DNA from: an uncultured delta proteobacterium
GTDB taxonomy: Bacteria; Myxococcota; Myxococcia; Myxococcales; Myxococcaceae
Length of the DNA stretch: 64,000 bases
NCBI GenBank assembly: GCA_963771175.1
Contig: CAVYSY010000003.1
Span: forward strand, 32,001 to 96,000
Direction of reading: 5' to 3'
Part shown: positions 8,565 through 20,020 of the stretch, piece after piece
Layout: each line of letters begins with the position of its first letter
How positions within the stretch are numbered: the first letter of the stretch is position 1
The notes under the pieces: generated by a model
Database searches by the model: none
The model's input: only the letters and a program-made list of their open reading frames with translations
Told to the model about the DNA's origin: nothing
Program-made: the position numbers and the translations under genes

Positions 8565-11500
8565 GTGAATCTCGAATCCCCGCAGACGACCCCAGGACCG
8601 GAGCTCCCGCCCCCGTCTCCTCCCCAGCCGCCCGCCCCGCCGCGGGGGCCCCGGGAGGAGCCGCGCTCACGAGGCGTGGAGAGACTGCTCGCCGCGGTGC
8701 GCGCCCGCCAGCGCCGCCTGCTGTGGCTGCAGGGCGTGTTGCTGGGGACCGCCGCCCTCCTCGTGCTTTGGGTGGCCGGTGGCTTCCTCGCGCTCGCCGC
8801 TCCGGGGCTCGGCCGCTGGGTGATGTTCCTGTCCCCGGTGGTGGGCGCGCTCGTGGCGTGTGCCTTCGGCGTGGGGCTCGCCCTGCGCACCGTGGGCGAC
8901 GACGTCCGCACCGCGCGCCTCATCGGCGAGCACCGGCCCGAGCTGTCCCTGGACGTGCTCGCCGCGGTGGAGCTGTCGCGCACGCGCGGCGGCCCCGAGG
9001 CCCCTCACTCGGCGGACCTCGCGGACGCCTTCCTGCGGCAGATGGACCTGCGCGCCGGGCAGGTGGACGCGGGCACGGTGGTGGACGGCACGCGCCTCAA
9101 GCACGCGGGCCTCGTGCTGGGCGGCGTGGTGCTGGTGCTCGCGGTGGTGCTGGGCCTCGCGGGCGCGCAGTGGCGCGCGGGGCTGACCAAGGCGCTCGAG
9201 TCCGCGAGCCGCATCGGCCAGCCCGAGCAGCGCGAGCCCATCACCGGCGACATCGAGCTGACGTACCGCTACCCGGCCTACACGGGGCTCGCCCCGCGCA
9301 CCGTGCCCGGCACCAATGGCGAGGTGAGCGCCCCGGCCGGCACCGAGGTGCAGCTCAAGACGCGCTCCGATCGCGAGGTGGAGCGCGCGGAGCTGCGTCG
9401 TCAATGGCGAGACGCTCCCCCTCACCGTCACCGGCAAGCGCGAGCTGACGGGCACCTTCGTGGCGAAGAAGACGGGCAACTACCACTTCGTCTTCTACGG
9501 CACGGGCCGCGAGGCCATCGCCACCGGGCCGGACATCCCGCTCAACGTGGAGGCGGACGCCCCTCCCCAGGTGAGCCTGCTCACCCCCGCGGCGGAGCTG
9601 GAGATCGACCCGGGCCAGAAGGTGACGCTCAAGTACGAGGCCACCGACGACTACGGCCTCGGCGGGCCTCGCGCTCGTCTTCCGCACGCCCGGCGCGAAG
9701 GAGGAGACGCGCGTCTCCCTGCCTCGCGAGGACAGCCGGCGCAGCCGCGGCACCCATGACTGGGACCTGGGCACCCTGAAGCTGCAGCCGGGAGACCGCG
9801 TCACCTACTACGTCGAGGCGAAGGACAACGACGCGGTGGAGGGCCCCAAGCGGGGCGTCAGCCGCACCCAGGTGCTGCGCGTCTACAGCGCCGCCGAGCA
9901 CCGGCGCCTCGCCCTGGAGAAGGCCGAGGCGCTCTGGGACCGCATGGTGGACCACCTCGCGGACCGGCTGGAGGGCCCCGAGCGGGAGAAGGTGAGGACG
10001 CCGGAGAAGGTGGCCTCGGCGCAGTCGGTGGACACCAACGGCCTGACACTGGTGGGGGACATGCGCGCGCTCGCCCAGGAGCTGCGCCGCGAGCGCGACG
10101 CGCCCGCCGAGCTCGTCACCGCGCTCGCCAACATCTCCGCCACGCTGGGCGTGCGGGTGCGCGCCACCTCGGACTTCCGGCGCGTCTACCTGCGCACCCA
10201 GCAGCGCCGGCAGGGCGATGACTTCGGCACCGGGGCCCGCCTGGGCGCGCTGGTGGAGGAGGAAATCACCGAGCTGGAGAAGGACGTCCTCTACCTGGAG
10301 TCCCTGCTGGACCGGCAGAAGCTGGAGGAGCTGCAGGAGCTGGCCAAGCAGCTCGCCAACGAGCGCCGCGAGCTCGCGCGCCTCATCGAGGAGTACAAGC
10401 AGAACCCCGACGAGCAGACGCGCGAGCAGGTGATGCAGCAGATTCAGGAGATGCGCTCGCGCATCAACGAGCTGATGCAGCGCATGGCCGAGCTGCGCCA
10501 GGGCATCCGCGACGAGCACCTCAATGCCGAGGCCCTTCAGGAGATGATGAAGGACCAGGACATGCAGAGCGCGCTCGACGAGGTCGAGAAGCTGATGCGC
10601 GAGGGCAAGACGGACGAGGCGCTCGCCAAGCTGCAGGAGCTGTCCATGCAGATGGACGAGATGCTCAACGGCCTCGACGAGGCGCAGGACGAGTTCGGCG
10701 ACCGAGCAGTACCCCGAGCTGGCGCAGAAGTTCGGCCAGTTCATGGACGAGCTGCAGAAGACGGCGCAGGAGCAGCAGCGCGTGGCCGACGCCACCAAGG
10801 CGCTGCGCGACCAGGCGCGGCAGCAGAACAAGGAGCGGCTGTCCGAGCGCGGCAAGGGGATGAAGGACGAGCTGCAGCGTCAAATCGAACAGGTCCAGAA
10901 GGACTACAAGCAGCTCCGGCCGGACGAGCTCAACAGCCGGGCCTCCCGGCCCCTGGAGGAGGCGCAGGCCGAGCTGGAGAACGCGAGGAACGCGCTGAAG
11001 GTGGACGACTTCGACCTCGCGGCCGAGTCGACGCAGCGGGCCTCGGAGGCCTCGCAGCAGCTCGCCATGTACGGGCGAGCAGCAGCGCGCGCTGGACGAG
11101 ATGTCCGGCAACCCCGACGGAGGTGCGGAAGCAGTCCACGCAGCTCGCCGAGCAGCTGCGAGAAGGACGCGAAGTCGGTGGAGGACGTGAACCGCAAGCT
11201 GCAGTCGCTCTTCCCGCCGCCGGGCTCGCAGATGAGCCAGCAGGAGAAGCAGCAGCTGCAGCAGCTCGCCCAGGAGCAGCAGGCAGCTGGAGCAGAAGGC
11301 CAAGGGCCTGCGCCAGCAGATGGAGGAGATGGAGCAGATGGCGCCGCTCTTCGGCCAGGAGGCCGGGGAGCAGATGGACGAGATTGGCCGAGCGCATGGG
11401 TGAGGCGGCGCAGCGGATGCAGGGCAAGGACGCCAACCGGGGCTACGGCGAGCAGCAGGCGGCGCTGGAGGGCCTGCAAGCAGTTCCAGCAGCAGATGAA

Positions 11501-11734
11501 GGAGAGCCAGCGCGGCCAGGGCAAGGGGCGCGGGCTGCCGCTGCCCATGGGCATCGGCGGCCGGCAGGAGGGCAACGGGAGCGCGATCCGCGCGACAAGG
11601 TGGAGATTCCGGACGAGGACGCCTACCAGGCGCCGAAGGAGTTCCGCAAGGACCTGCTGGACGCGATGAAGCAGGGCGCGCCCGAGAAGTACCGGGACCA
11701 GGTGAAGCGCTACTACGAGGAGCTGGTGAAGTGA
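8565..11734 (+). CDS. DUF4175-like large membrane-anchored coiled-coil protein (frameshifted)
   Basis: N-terminal TM helices, YPAYTG Ig-like region, DDYGL, EAKDNDAVEGP, long Gln/Glu coiled coil, C-terminal PEKYRDQVKRYYEELVK. Confidence 0.75.
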
Positions 11735-11747
11735 GCGCGGGACTCAC

Positions 11748-13532
11748 GTGAGGCAGCGGGCTCGCGTGAGCCTCCTCGCCGCGCTGCTCGGCCTGTGCCT
11801 GCTCCTCGCCACGGGCGCTCAGGCCGCAGGAGCCGCTCAAGGGCGAGGCCAAGGCGCGACTGGGCAAGGTCGAGCAGCGCCTGGACGACTGGGACGTGCC
11901 GGCGCGCGCGGCGGGAGCTGGCGGCGCTGGAGCGGCTCGTCCCCGCGGACATCGAGCCGCTCAAGTACTTCCAGGGCCGGGTGGCCTTCGAGGAGGGCCA
12001 CTACGCCGAGGCGGTGCGAGCTGCTCGCAGGGCGCCGACATCGAGGACAAGCCGGGCAGCTACCTGCGGCTGGCCAAGGACACCGCGCGACATCGTGAAG
12101 GACCACGCGCGCGCCGAGAGCGAGCACTTCATCTTCTTCTACCCCAAGGGGAAGGACGAGGTGCTGGTGCCCTACGCGCTGGAGACGCTGGAGGCCATCC
12201 ACGCGCGCGCTCGACGAGGACCTCGGGCTACGCGCCGCCGGGCGGAAGATGCGCGTGGAGGTGGTGAACAACGCGCGCGAGCTGGCCAAGGTGTCGCACG
12301 CTCACCTACGAGCAGATTCAGCACCACCGGCACCATCGCCATCTGCAAGTTCAACAAGCTGATGGTGACCAGCCCCAAGGCGGTGGCGCGCGGCTACGAC
12401 TGGCAGGACACGCTGGCGCACGAGTACGTGCACCTGGTGGTCGAGCCAGATGAGCCACAACACCGTGCCCATCTGGCTGCACGAGGGCCTGGCCAAGTAC
12501 CTGGAGTCGCGCTGGCGCGGCAAGCCGGGGCTGGCGATGACGCCCTCGACGCTGGCGCTGCTGGGCAGGCGGGTGAAGAAGGACAAGCTCATCCCCTTCG
12601 AGAAGATGCACCCGTCGATCGCGCTGCTGCCCACGGCCGAGGACGCCGCCACCGCCTTCGCCGAGGTCTTCTTCGCCATCGACTACGTGCACTCGACGCA
12701 GGGCAACGCGGGCCTGCGCGAGCATCATCCTCGGCCTGCGCGACGGCGGGCAGCGGACCACAAGGCGGTGGAGGCGGCCACGGGCATGCCCTTCGCCGAC
12801 CTTCGAGAAGGCCTGGCTCGCGCACATCAAGAAGCAGCCCTTCCCCAAGGAGCTGCTCCCCGCGCACGAGGAGGTGGTGCTCAAGGAGGACGCCAAGGAC
12901 GAGGACGAAGAAGAAGAAGGGCCGGGAGATCTCCTTCGGCGACTTCGCGGAGGTGACGGAGGTGCCGGCGCGCAAGTTCGCGCACCTGGGCGAGCTGATG
13001 CGCGAGCGCAACCGCATCAAGGCCGCCGCCGAGGAGTACGCGCAAGGCGCACAAGCTGGTGGGCGACAAGTACGAGTCGCGTGTCCAACAAGTACGCGCT
13101 GACGCTGCTCGAGCTGCGGCGGCTGGACGAGGCCGAGCAGGTGCTGCGCGGCTCGCCTGCGCGTGCACCCCGGCTCGCCGAGCACCAACGTGCACCTGGG
13201 GCGCATCCTCCTGTTCCGCAAGGACTACGGCGAAGGCCAGGCAGGCCTACCTGGAGGCGCTCGCGGCGGACCCGTTCGACCCGGAGATCCACCTGGCGCT
13301 CATGCGCATCCACGGGGCGCTCGGCGAGACGGCGCTCGTCACGCGCACGCGGGCGGCGAGCGTGGTGCTCACCGGCCTCGAGGCCGAGGAGGTGGACCGG
13401 GTCTCCCAGGAGCTCATGCGCGAGGACTCGGAGCTGGTCGAGACCGAGGACTTCGGGAAGGGCGACTCGGGCAAGGACGGTGCGCCCGCGAAGGCTCCGG
13501 CCGCGGCCCCCGCGAAGGACGGCGGCAAGTAG
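11748..13532 (+). CDS. secreted TPR-containing peptidase MA-like zinc metallopeptidase (frameshifted)
   Basis: signal peptide; TLAHEYVHL followed by WLHEGLAKY (HExxH plus downstream E); TPR-like segments at both ends. Confidence 0.75.
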
Positions 13533-13607
13533 TCACTCGGAGTCACACCGCCCGATGAAGGCGGTTCGTGGTAATCCGCGCGCTGGGAGGAGAGGCTCCC
13601 AGCGTCG

Positions 13608-15008
13608 ATGAACCCTTCAGTCCCCCTCAGACCCGCGTGGGAGCGGAGACTGGCCGTGGCGGGGGCCGTCCTCGCCATCGTGGTGGTGGCGCTCAAGCGC
13701 GGCCGGCAGCACCCGGACGAGGTCTTCCAGTTCCTGGAGCCCGCTCATGGGCTCGCCTTCGGGTACTGGCTCGTCGCCTGGGAGTGGGTGGCGGGCCTGC
13801 GCAACTGGGCCGTCCCCGGGGTCCTCGGAGGCATTCTCGCGCTGTGCGGGCGGTTGGGGCTCACCCAGGCGTGGGCCCTGGCCTCGGTGGTGTGGGCCTG
13901 CTGTGCCACGGTGCAGGCGTGGGGCGCCGTGGCGCTGTTCCGGCTCGTCGAGGAACGAGACGGTCGCGAGGCCGCGCTCCTGGCCACGGCCATCCACGTC
14001 ACCTGGGGCGGGTGGCTCCTCTATGCCGCGAGACCGCTCGCGGACTCGCTGAGCGTGGCCCCGCTGCTGGGCGCGCTCCTGTGGGCCTGGCGTGCTCGCG
14101 CGCGAGACGGCCTGCGCGAGGGCTTCTGGAGTGGCCTCCTGCTGGGCGTGGCGTTCGTGGTGCGTTACCCCTCGGCGGTGTTCGGCGTGCCCATCGCCGT
14201 GAGCCTGCTGGCCGCGCGGCACTGGCGCTCGCTGGCGGGCGGCGCGCTGGGGGTGGGCGTGGTGCTGCTGGGGCTCGGCCTGCTCGACTGGCTTACCTGG
14301 GGCATGCCCTGGCACTCCGTCTGGAAGTACGTCGAGTTCAACATCCTCGCCGGTGGCTCGGAGAAGTTCGGCATCAAGCCCTGGTGGTGGTACCTCCCCA
14401 CCCTCGCGGGCATGGTGCCGCTGCTGCTCGCCTGGCACTTCGGGCGCGGGCTGGCCCGGAGAGACCTGCTCGTCGGCGCCTTCGCCGTCTACCTCGGGGT
14501 CGTGATGGCGCTGGCGCACAAGGAGGTGCGCTTCCTCGCGCCGCTGCTGCCGCTCTTCGTGGCCCTCGCGGCCGGGCCGGCGTGGCGCACCCTCTCGCAA
14601 CGGGTGCGCTCCCGCCGGGCGGTGGGCGGGCTCGTGGGCGTGTACGCGCTCTCCTCGCTGGCGGCGGCCACCGTGCAGATGCCGGGCGGACTGTGCACGG
14701 AGCAGATCGACGCCCTCGTCTTCGCCGGGCAGGACCCCGCGCTCACGGGCATCCTCGTCGCCGGCCAGAAGGAGTGGAATGTCAGCGGCCGGTTCTACCT
14801 GCGCCGCGACGTGCCGATACTCGTGCGCCCCGAGCACCAGGTGCGAGAACTGTACGGCCCGCTCCAGGAGCCACAGTTCTCCCATGTGCTCGTCCACAAG
14901 GCGGCGATCGGGGAGCACGAGCTGGAGACGGCCGGGTTCTGCGTCCAGCGGGAGTGGGGCCCGACGGCGCTCTGGAAGCGCTGCCCGCCTCAACTCTCTC
15001 GCGAGTAG
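13608..15008 (+). CDS. GT-C fold glycosyltransferase (Alg9/PIG-B-like mannosyltransferase family)
   Basis: HPDEVFQFLEPAH, WEW..GLR, PWWWY and HKEVRF motifs; many TM helices. Confidence 0.8.
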   Translation: MNPSVPLRPAWERRLAVAGAVLAIVVVALKRGRQHPDEVFQFLEPAHGLAFGYWLVAWEWVAGLRNWAVPGVLGGILALCGRLGLTQAWALASVVWACCATVQAWGAVALFRLVEERDGREAALLATAIHVTWGGWLLYAARPLADSLSVAPLLGALLWAWRARARDGLREGFWSGLLLGVAFVVRYPSAVFGVPIAVSLLAARHWRSLAGGALGVGVVLLGLGLLDWLTWGMPWHSVWKYVEFNILAGGSEKFGIKPWWWYLPTLAGMVPLLLAWHFGRGLARRDLLVGAFAVYLGVVMALAHKEVRFLAPLLPLFVALAAGPAWRTLSQRVRSRRAVGGLVGVYALSSLAAATVQMPGGLCTEQIDALVFAGQDPALTGILVAGQKEWNVSGRFYLRRDVPILVRPEHQVRELYGPLQEPQFSHVLVHKAAIGEHELETAGFCVQREWGPTALWKRCPPQLSRE

Positions 15009-15047
15009 CCCGCCGCCGAGGTGGCCCCCTCACGAGCTTCCCTCGCA

Positions 15048-15782
15048 TCATGCGTGGTGCATGGGCCGCGGCTCGACGACCAGCTTGAGCAACCCTCGTT
15101 CCTCCAGCAGCTTCTGGACGCGCCACGCGAGGGCCACGTGTTCGGGGTTGCTCGGGCTGAGGCGCTCGGGAGTCAGGATGACGAGCGTGCCCTTGTCGCC
15201 TACTGGCTCCACCCGGACGGGCGCGGGCAGGGCAGGCACCTCACCACGCTCTCGCGAGAAATACGTCATCCACCCCAGGAAGCAGCCGAGCCGACTGCCG
15301 CCGGAGAGCTGGTTCCAGAGTCCGTCCGCCGTCGCGAGCGCCCACTCCGGTTCCCAGGCCAACGCAACGGCACGCATGACGTCGGCGACAACGGGCGCGC
15401 TGAGCATCCGCTCGTGACCCAGGGCCTCCTCGGGGTAGAAGAGCCACAGGAAGTTCGGCGCGACCTCCGCCTTCGACCCACACCTGAGCATGACCATACC
15501 GCCTTGGTCCTGCTTCACGTGCCCCGTCCACGCACCAAATGAAAAGCCGTCCGAGCCGCTCTGATACTTCTTCTTTCCGAAGAAGCTCAGGAAGCTCTCA
15601 TGCGTGGGCTCGAATCCGAGCTGAAGCGACGTCCGGGTGGAATTGTTCTGCTCGTACCAGCGCGCGTAGCTCGGATGGCACTTCGCGAGGAGCCGGAAGA
15701 ATGTCTCCGCACGCCGAGCACATTCCTCAGCCGACTCTGGCCGCCCTCCCCAATAGGCTTTAATTCCGTAAGACTCGCTCAT
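15048..15782 (-). CDS. Imm52-family immunity protein
   Basis: AYWGGRPESAEECARRAETFFRLL, AWEPEW, GWMTY, VRVEPVGDKGTLVILTPERL, typical of myxobacterial Imm52. Confidence 0.8.
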   Translation of the reverse strand: MSESYGIKAYWGGRPESAEECARRAETFFRLLAKCHPSYARWYEQNNSTRTSLQLGFEPTHESFLSFFGKKKYQSGSDGFSFGAWTGHVKQDQGGMVMLRCGSKAEVAPNFLWLFYPEEALGHERMLSAPVVADVMRAVALAWEPEWALATADGLWNQLSGGSRLGCFLGWMTYFSRERGEVPALPAPVRVEPVGDKGTLVILTPERLSPSNPEHVALAWRVQKLLEERGLLKLVVEPRPMHHA

Positions 15783-15794
15783 GCGTGACGGCCC

Positions 15795-15970
15795 TCATTG
15801 CACTGGCTGCGTGTACACGACCTCAATCGCGTTGAGGCCGCGAGCGTCGAAATGCTTCCGAAGAACCGCGACCATCCGCTCCTCCGCGACGTGCCACCGC
15901 AGGCGCATTCCTCTCGCGACCCGGAACTGCCGCTCCGCCTGCTCAAGCATGCCTTTGAGCCCCTGGTTGA
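15795..15970 (-). pseudogene. C-terminal remnant of a Tox-REase-5-type toxin
   Basis: MLEQAERQ...RLRWHVAEE...IEVVYTQP resembles the Tox-REase-5 tail; the upstream D..EAK catalytic part is absent; lies directly upstream of Imm52. Confidence 0.65.
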
Positions 15971-16031
15971 GCCTGCCCCGATTTCGTGGAGAGTTCCATT
16001 GTCTCATCCCATCAGCAGGATATTGATGACA

Positions 16032-16617
16032 TCAGGGCAGGTTGGCCAGATCGTTGCTGAGGAGAGCATCAAGCAACGAGGGTTCTCCTCCATTGAGGTA
16101 GTAGATGCAGCGGCCCGGAATGGGGCACGTTTGCCAGCTCGAGTGGGAACGGCCGGTAGTTAAGTTCCCGCGCGAGGTGCTGCGCGAGCCGCTTCGCGTG
16201 CGGCCTGATTTCGTCCGGTGGCTGCAAGAAGAACTGCGGCCGGGCGCATGAGCCATCGGCTCGGATGTGCTGCACCGTGGCGTAAACGAGATACAGCGGG
16301 GCAAGCACGCTCACGGCGCCAGCCATGCGGGTCAGAACCCGCCCCCCCTCCGGTAGAGGGCTCTCCAGGTACACGCAACACCGGAGACAGGCGGACAGAC
16401 CGGGCTGCGTCACGTTCCCGACGGGACGACCGGGAAATGCAGCCCTGAGTCCACCGAGAAGAGAGGCCCAGCGCTCCCAGGCCAGAGCCCTATCCCAGGC
16501 CTCGGACCAGCGCTGGAATTCGGGACTGGACCTGTCGATGTCGATGAAGACAGTGCTTCCAAGAGGGTAGTGGTGGTGCGCGATGCGGATGAGCTCTGCT
16601 TTCGTAAAGGCCCTCAT
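16032..16617 (-). CDS. hypothetical protein, possible immunity protein (one frameshift near 16125)
   Basis: MRAFTKAELIRIAHHHYP...SACLRCCVYL...SVLAPLYLVY, continuing in another frame to ...SLLDALLSNDLANLP; ATGA-coupled to the upstream gene. Confidence 0.65.
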
Positions 16618-17126
16618 GGCTTGGAAGACTTCGGGATGTCGAAGGGGATAGTTTCGATGCCTTTGGAGACACAAGCTCCCACCTGGGCACCCGGATGCTT
16701 CTCCTTGAGCATCAGGTCATAGAGAGTTTTGAACTCATTGCACAACACGGCGATCATCTGACCACGCTTGGCCTTGGAGAGGACCCTGTACGCAGCACGA
16801 TTGGCCATTTCCGCCGCGTCCTGCTGGGCGATCGCCAAACGGATTTCCCTCTGGCCATTCCGCAACGGGAGACCAACCTCGAACTTGCATACGGAAGTCG
16901 CTCCCGAGTCGCCCTCCGTGAGACGGGCGTGGATGCAGACCGCTCGCCATCCGCCCGGTTGCGCCTCGGATTCCTCGACGGTCGTTGTGAACCAGAAGTG
17001 CTCAGGAGAGATGCGTCCGACGACGGTGTTGCGGTAAGCACATCCTGCTTGAGCGCTGACCCCCAATAGCAGGAGGCAAGCGAGCAACCTTGAGCGTGGA
17101 GACCAGCAACTCCGTGGGGACGCCAT
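16614..17126 (-). CDS. hypothetical Cys-containing lipoprotein-like protein
   Basis: hydrophobic signal LLACLLLLGVSAQAGC; four further Cys; visibly lower GC than the flanks. Confidence 0.65.
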   Translation of the reverse strand: MASPRSCWSPRSRLLACLLLLGVSAQAGCAYRNTVVGRISPEHFWFTTTVEESEAQPGGWRAVCIHARLTEGDSGATSVCKFEVGLPLRNGQREIRLAIAQQDAAEMANRAAYRVLSKAKRGQMIAVLCNEFKTLYDLMLKEKHPGAQVGACVSKGIETIPFDIPKSSKP

Positions 17127-17140
17127 GCCTCTTTCCCCTT

Positions 17141-19818
17141 TCAGGCCTTGCCCACCACCTTCTTCAGGAAGCCCCAGAAGCGGCCGGAGCGCTCCTTGAG
17201 GTCCTGGCCTCGGCGCTCCTCGGCCGCCTTCGCCACGTCCGAGGCCACGCCCAACCGCTGCCGCAGCTCGTCCGGCGTGTAGCGCGTCGCCAGCGTCGCC
17301 TTCACTTCCTTGCGCGTCGAGTACTCCTGCGCGTTCACGTGCAGCACGCACTCCGCGTCCAGCCGCAGCGTCACCGCCACCCGCACCGAGCCCTTCGGCC
17401 CCTTCGGTAGCCCCTCCAGCCGTACCGTCCCCAGATACTCGTTCGCCGCGATGTGCGTGTCCTCTCCCTGGAAGACGGACAGCTCCATCACCTCTTCGTT
17501 GTCCCGCGTCGTCGAGATGGCGAACGAGCGCTGCGCCGGCAGCGGCGTGTTGCGCTCGATGACTCGCGTGAAGGCGCCTCCCGGCATCGCCACGCCAATC
17601 GTCATCGGCAGCACGTCGATGAGCACCACGCTCGTCACCTTGTCCACGGCGCTCGAGTACAGCGCCGCGCCCAGGGCCACCGCCTCGTCCGTGTTCACGC
17701 CCGCGAGCGGAGGCTTGCCGAACACCTCCTTGAGCTTCTCGCGCACCAGCGGCATGCGGCTCTGGCCACCCACCAGCAGGATGTCGTCGACCTCTCCCGG
17801 CCGCAGCTTCGCGTCCAGCAGCACGTCACGCACCACGTCCAGCGTGCGCATCACCAGCGGCAGGCACACCCGCTCCATCTCCGCGCGCGTGAGCGTGACG
17901 TGCAGGTCTCGTGGCTGCCCCGTCTCGTCCATCATCAGCATCGGGATGTGGACCTCGTAGGAGTTGCTCTCCGAGAGCGCCACCTTCGCGCGCTCGGCGG
18001 CGTCCGTCACCCGCGACAGCGCGATGCGGTCTCCCTGGAAGTTCACCTTCTCCGTCTGCTGGAAACGCTCCAGCAGCAGGTCCACCAGGAGGTTGTCGAA
18101 GTCCATGCCTCCCAGGAAGATGTCGCCACCCGTGGACAACACCTCGAACACGTTCTTGTCGATGCGCAGGATGGTCGCGTCGAAGGTGCCGCCGCCCAGG
18201 TCATAGACGAGCACCTTCTTGGCCAGGTCCCGGTTGAGCCCGTAGGCCAGCGCCGCCGAGGTGGGCTCATTGAGGATGCGCTCCACCTTCAGCCCCGCCA
18301 TCCACCCCGCCCGGCGCACCGCCTCGCGCTGTGGCTCCGAGTAGTACGCCGGCACCGTCACCACCGCGCGCTCCACCTTCTGCCCCAGGTGCTGCTCCGC
18401 CAGCTCCTTGCACTCGCGGAGGACGATGCCCTGCACCTCCTCCAGCGACAGCACGTTCTCGCCCATCCGCACCGCCGCCCGGCCACGCGTGTCGGGGACG
18501 ATCTGATAGTGGAAGCGCTCGCGCACCTGGTTCACCACCGCGCTGTCGAAGGGGCGGCCCACCAGGCGCTTCGCGCCGTAGATGGTCTGCTCGGGGCGCA
18601 GCAGCACCTGGCTCTTCGCGCGGTGGCTCACCAGCAGCTTGCCCTGCGTGGACAGCGACACCACCGAGGGGATGGTGTTGTAGCCCTCGCGCGAGCGCAG
18701 CACCGTGGGCTTGTTGTTCGTCACCACCGCCACGCACGAGTTGGTGGTACCCAGGTCGATGCCAATGACCGGGCCCTTGCCCTCGAGGATCGCGGGCGGC
18801 GTCAGGAAGATGGTGCGCACCTGGCCCGGCGAGCTCTTGGGCTCGGGGGGCAGCGGTGCGGCCGGCTTCGCGGCCGGCGCGAGCACGGGTGCCGCGGACT
18901 GCGCGACCGCCTGGGGCTGTGCCGGAGCGGCTGGCGCGGCCGGAGCTGGAGCCACGGGACGCACGCTGGAGGGCTCGGGCCTCCTCGGCGGAGGCCTGCG
19001 CTGAGGCTGCCCCGCCACGGGCCGGGCGAACTCGAGCGGCTCGTCATCGTCGGAGGACTCCAGCTCCAGCTCCACCGCGCTGCTGGCCTGCGCGGTGCGC
19101 ACGGGCTGCGGCGCGGGCACGGGCGCGGACGTGGCCGCCCCCGAGAGGTCCAGATCGAACTCCTGCCCACCTCCGGGCTGCCTCGGGGGCGGCGTCGCGA
19201 TGGTCGGCATCTCGCGCGTCGGCCTCTCGAACACATCCAGCGAGGTGTTCGGCTCGGGCGTGCTGGCGATGAGCTCGTCGAGCGGAATGTCGACGGCGGT
19301 GAGGGGGGAGAAGGCGGCGGCACGATGGGCCGTGCCACGGGCGCTGCCGGGGCCGCCGATGCCACGGCGGGAATCCTCGACGTCAGAGGTGGAAGCACCG
19401 GGGCAACGGACGGAGTCACGGGCACGCTCGGCGGAGCGGCCACCGGCGGCGGGGCGGTCGGCCGTGGAGCCTCCACGGACGCCTCACCCTTGCGCTGCAG
19501 CATCCGATCGACGAGCGCCTGCGAGGCCGGCTCCAGCTCCGTGAACTGGATGCCCATGCCCGGGGGGCCGGACAGATCCTCGGGGGGCCGGACCCAGCGC
19601 ACCACCGCCGAGCCTCGCAGCACCCGGACTCCGTCGGCGATCCGCACCTCGAACTTCACCGGAGTGCCCACCGGCTGTGGCTCGCGCGAGCGGATGAACA
19701 TGCCCCCGGGGCTGATGTTGACGGCGAACTCCTCGACGAAGCTGCCGATGTCCGTGTGCTTGAGCTTCACGAGCAGACCCACGGACTTTCGATCCGTGGC
19801 GCGCCGACCCTGATCCAT
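17141..19818 (-). CDS. PilZ-like domain / Pro-rich linker / Hsp70 (DnaK-like) fusion (frameshift near 19300)
   Basis: RRATDRK and NISPGGMFI...GMGIQF (PilZ-like); GIDLGTTNS, TVPAYY, NEPTSAA, DLGGGTFD, VGGQSRMP (Hsp70). Confidence 0.9.
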
Positions 19819-20020
19819 AGGCTCCGACTGTCGCGGGTCCGACAGGCTCGCTCAAGTCTTAATGTTCTCTCTCGCCCTCCTGCCGGCCGATCATCCGGCC
19901 CAGGTGGGCTCATGGGCGACTCCCGCCCACGCTTCTCCCCCGCGCGACGTGCCTGGAAGGCCGCTTGCCTGGAGACCTGACAGGTCGTTCTCGCATCCCG
20001 GAAAAGTACGGACGGAGCAC

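Noticed and set aside
8565..13532. Programmed frameshifting or phase variation as the cause of broken genes
   Set aside because: The breaks are too many, are not at slippery heptamers or long simple repeats, and affect ordinary transport and housekeeping genes; assembly error is the simpler explanation.
17453..19813. Long antisense or alternate-frame ORFs (also 5394-7703, 29442-31613, 33731-35803, 37200-38732, 46116-48035)
   Set aside because: They are shadows of real genes caused by high GC3; the translations are Arg/Gly/Pro-rich with no recognisable motifs.
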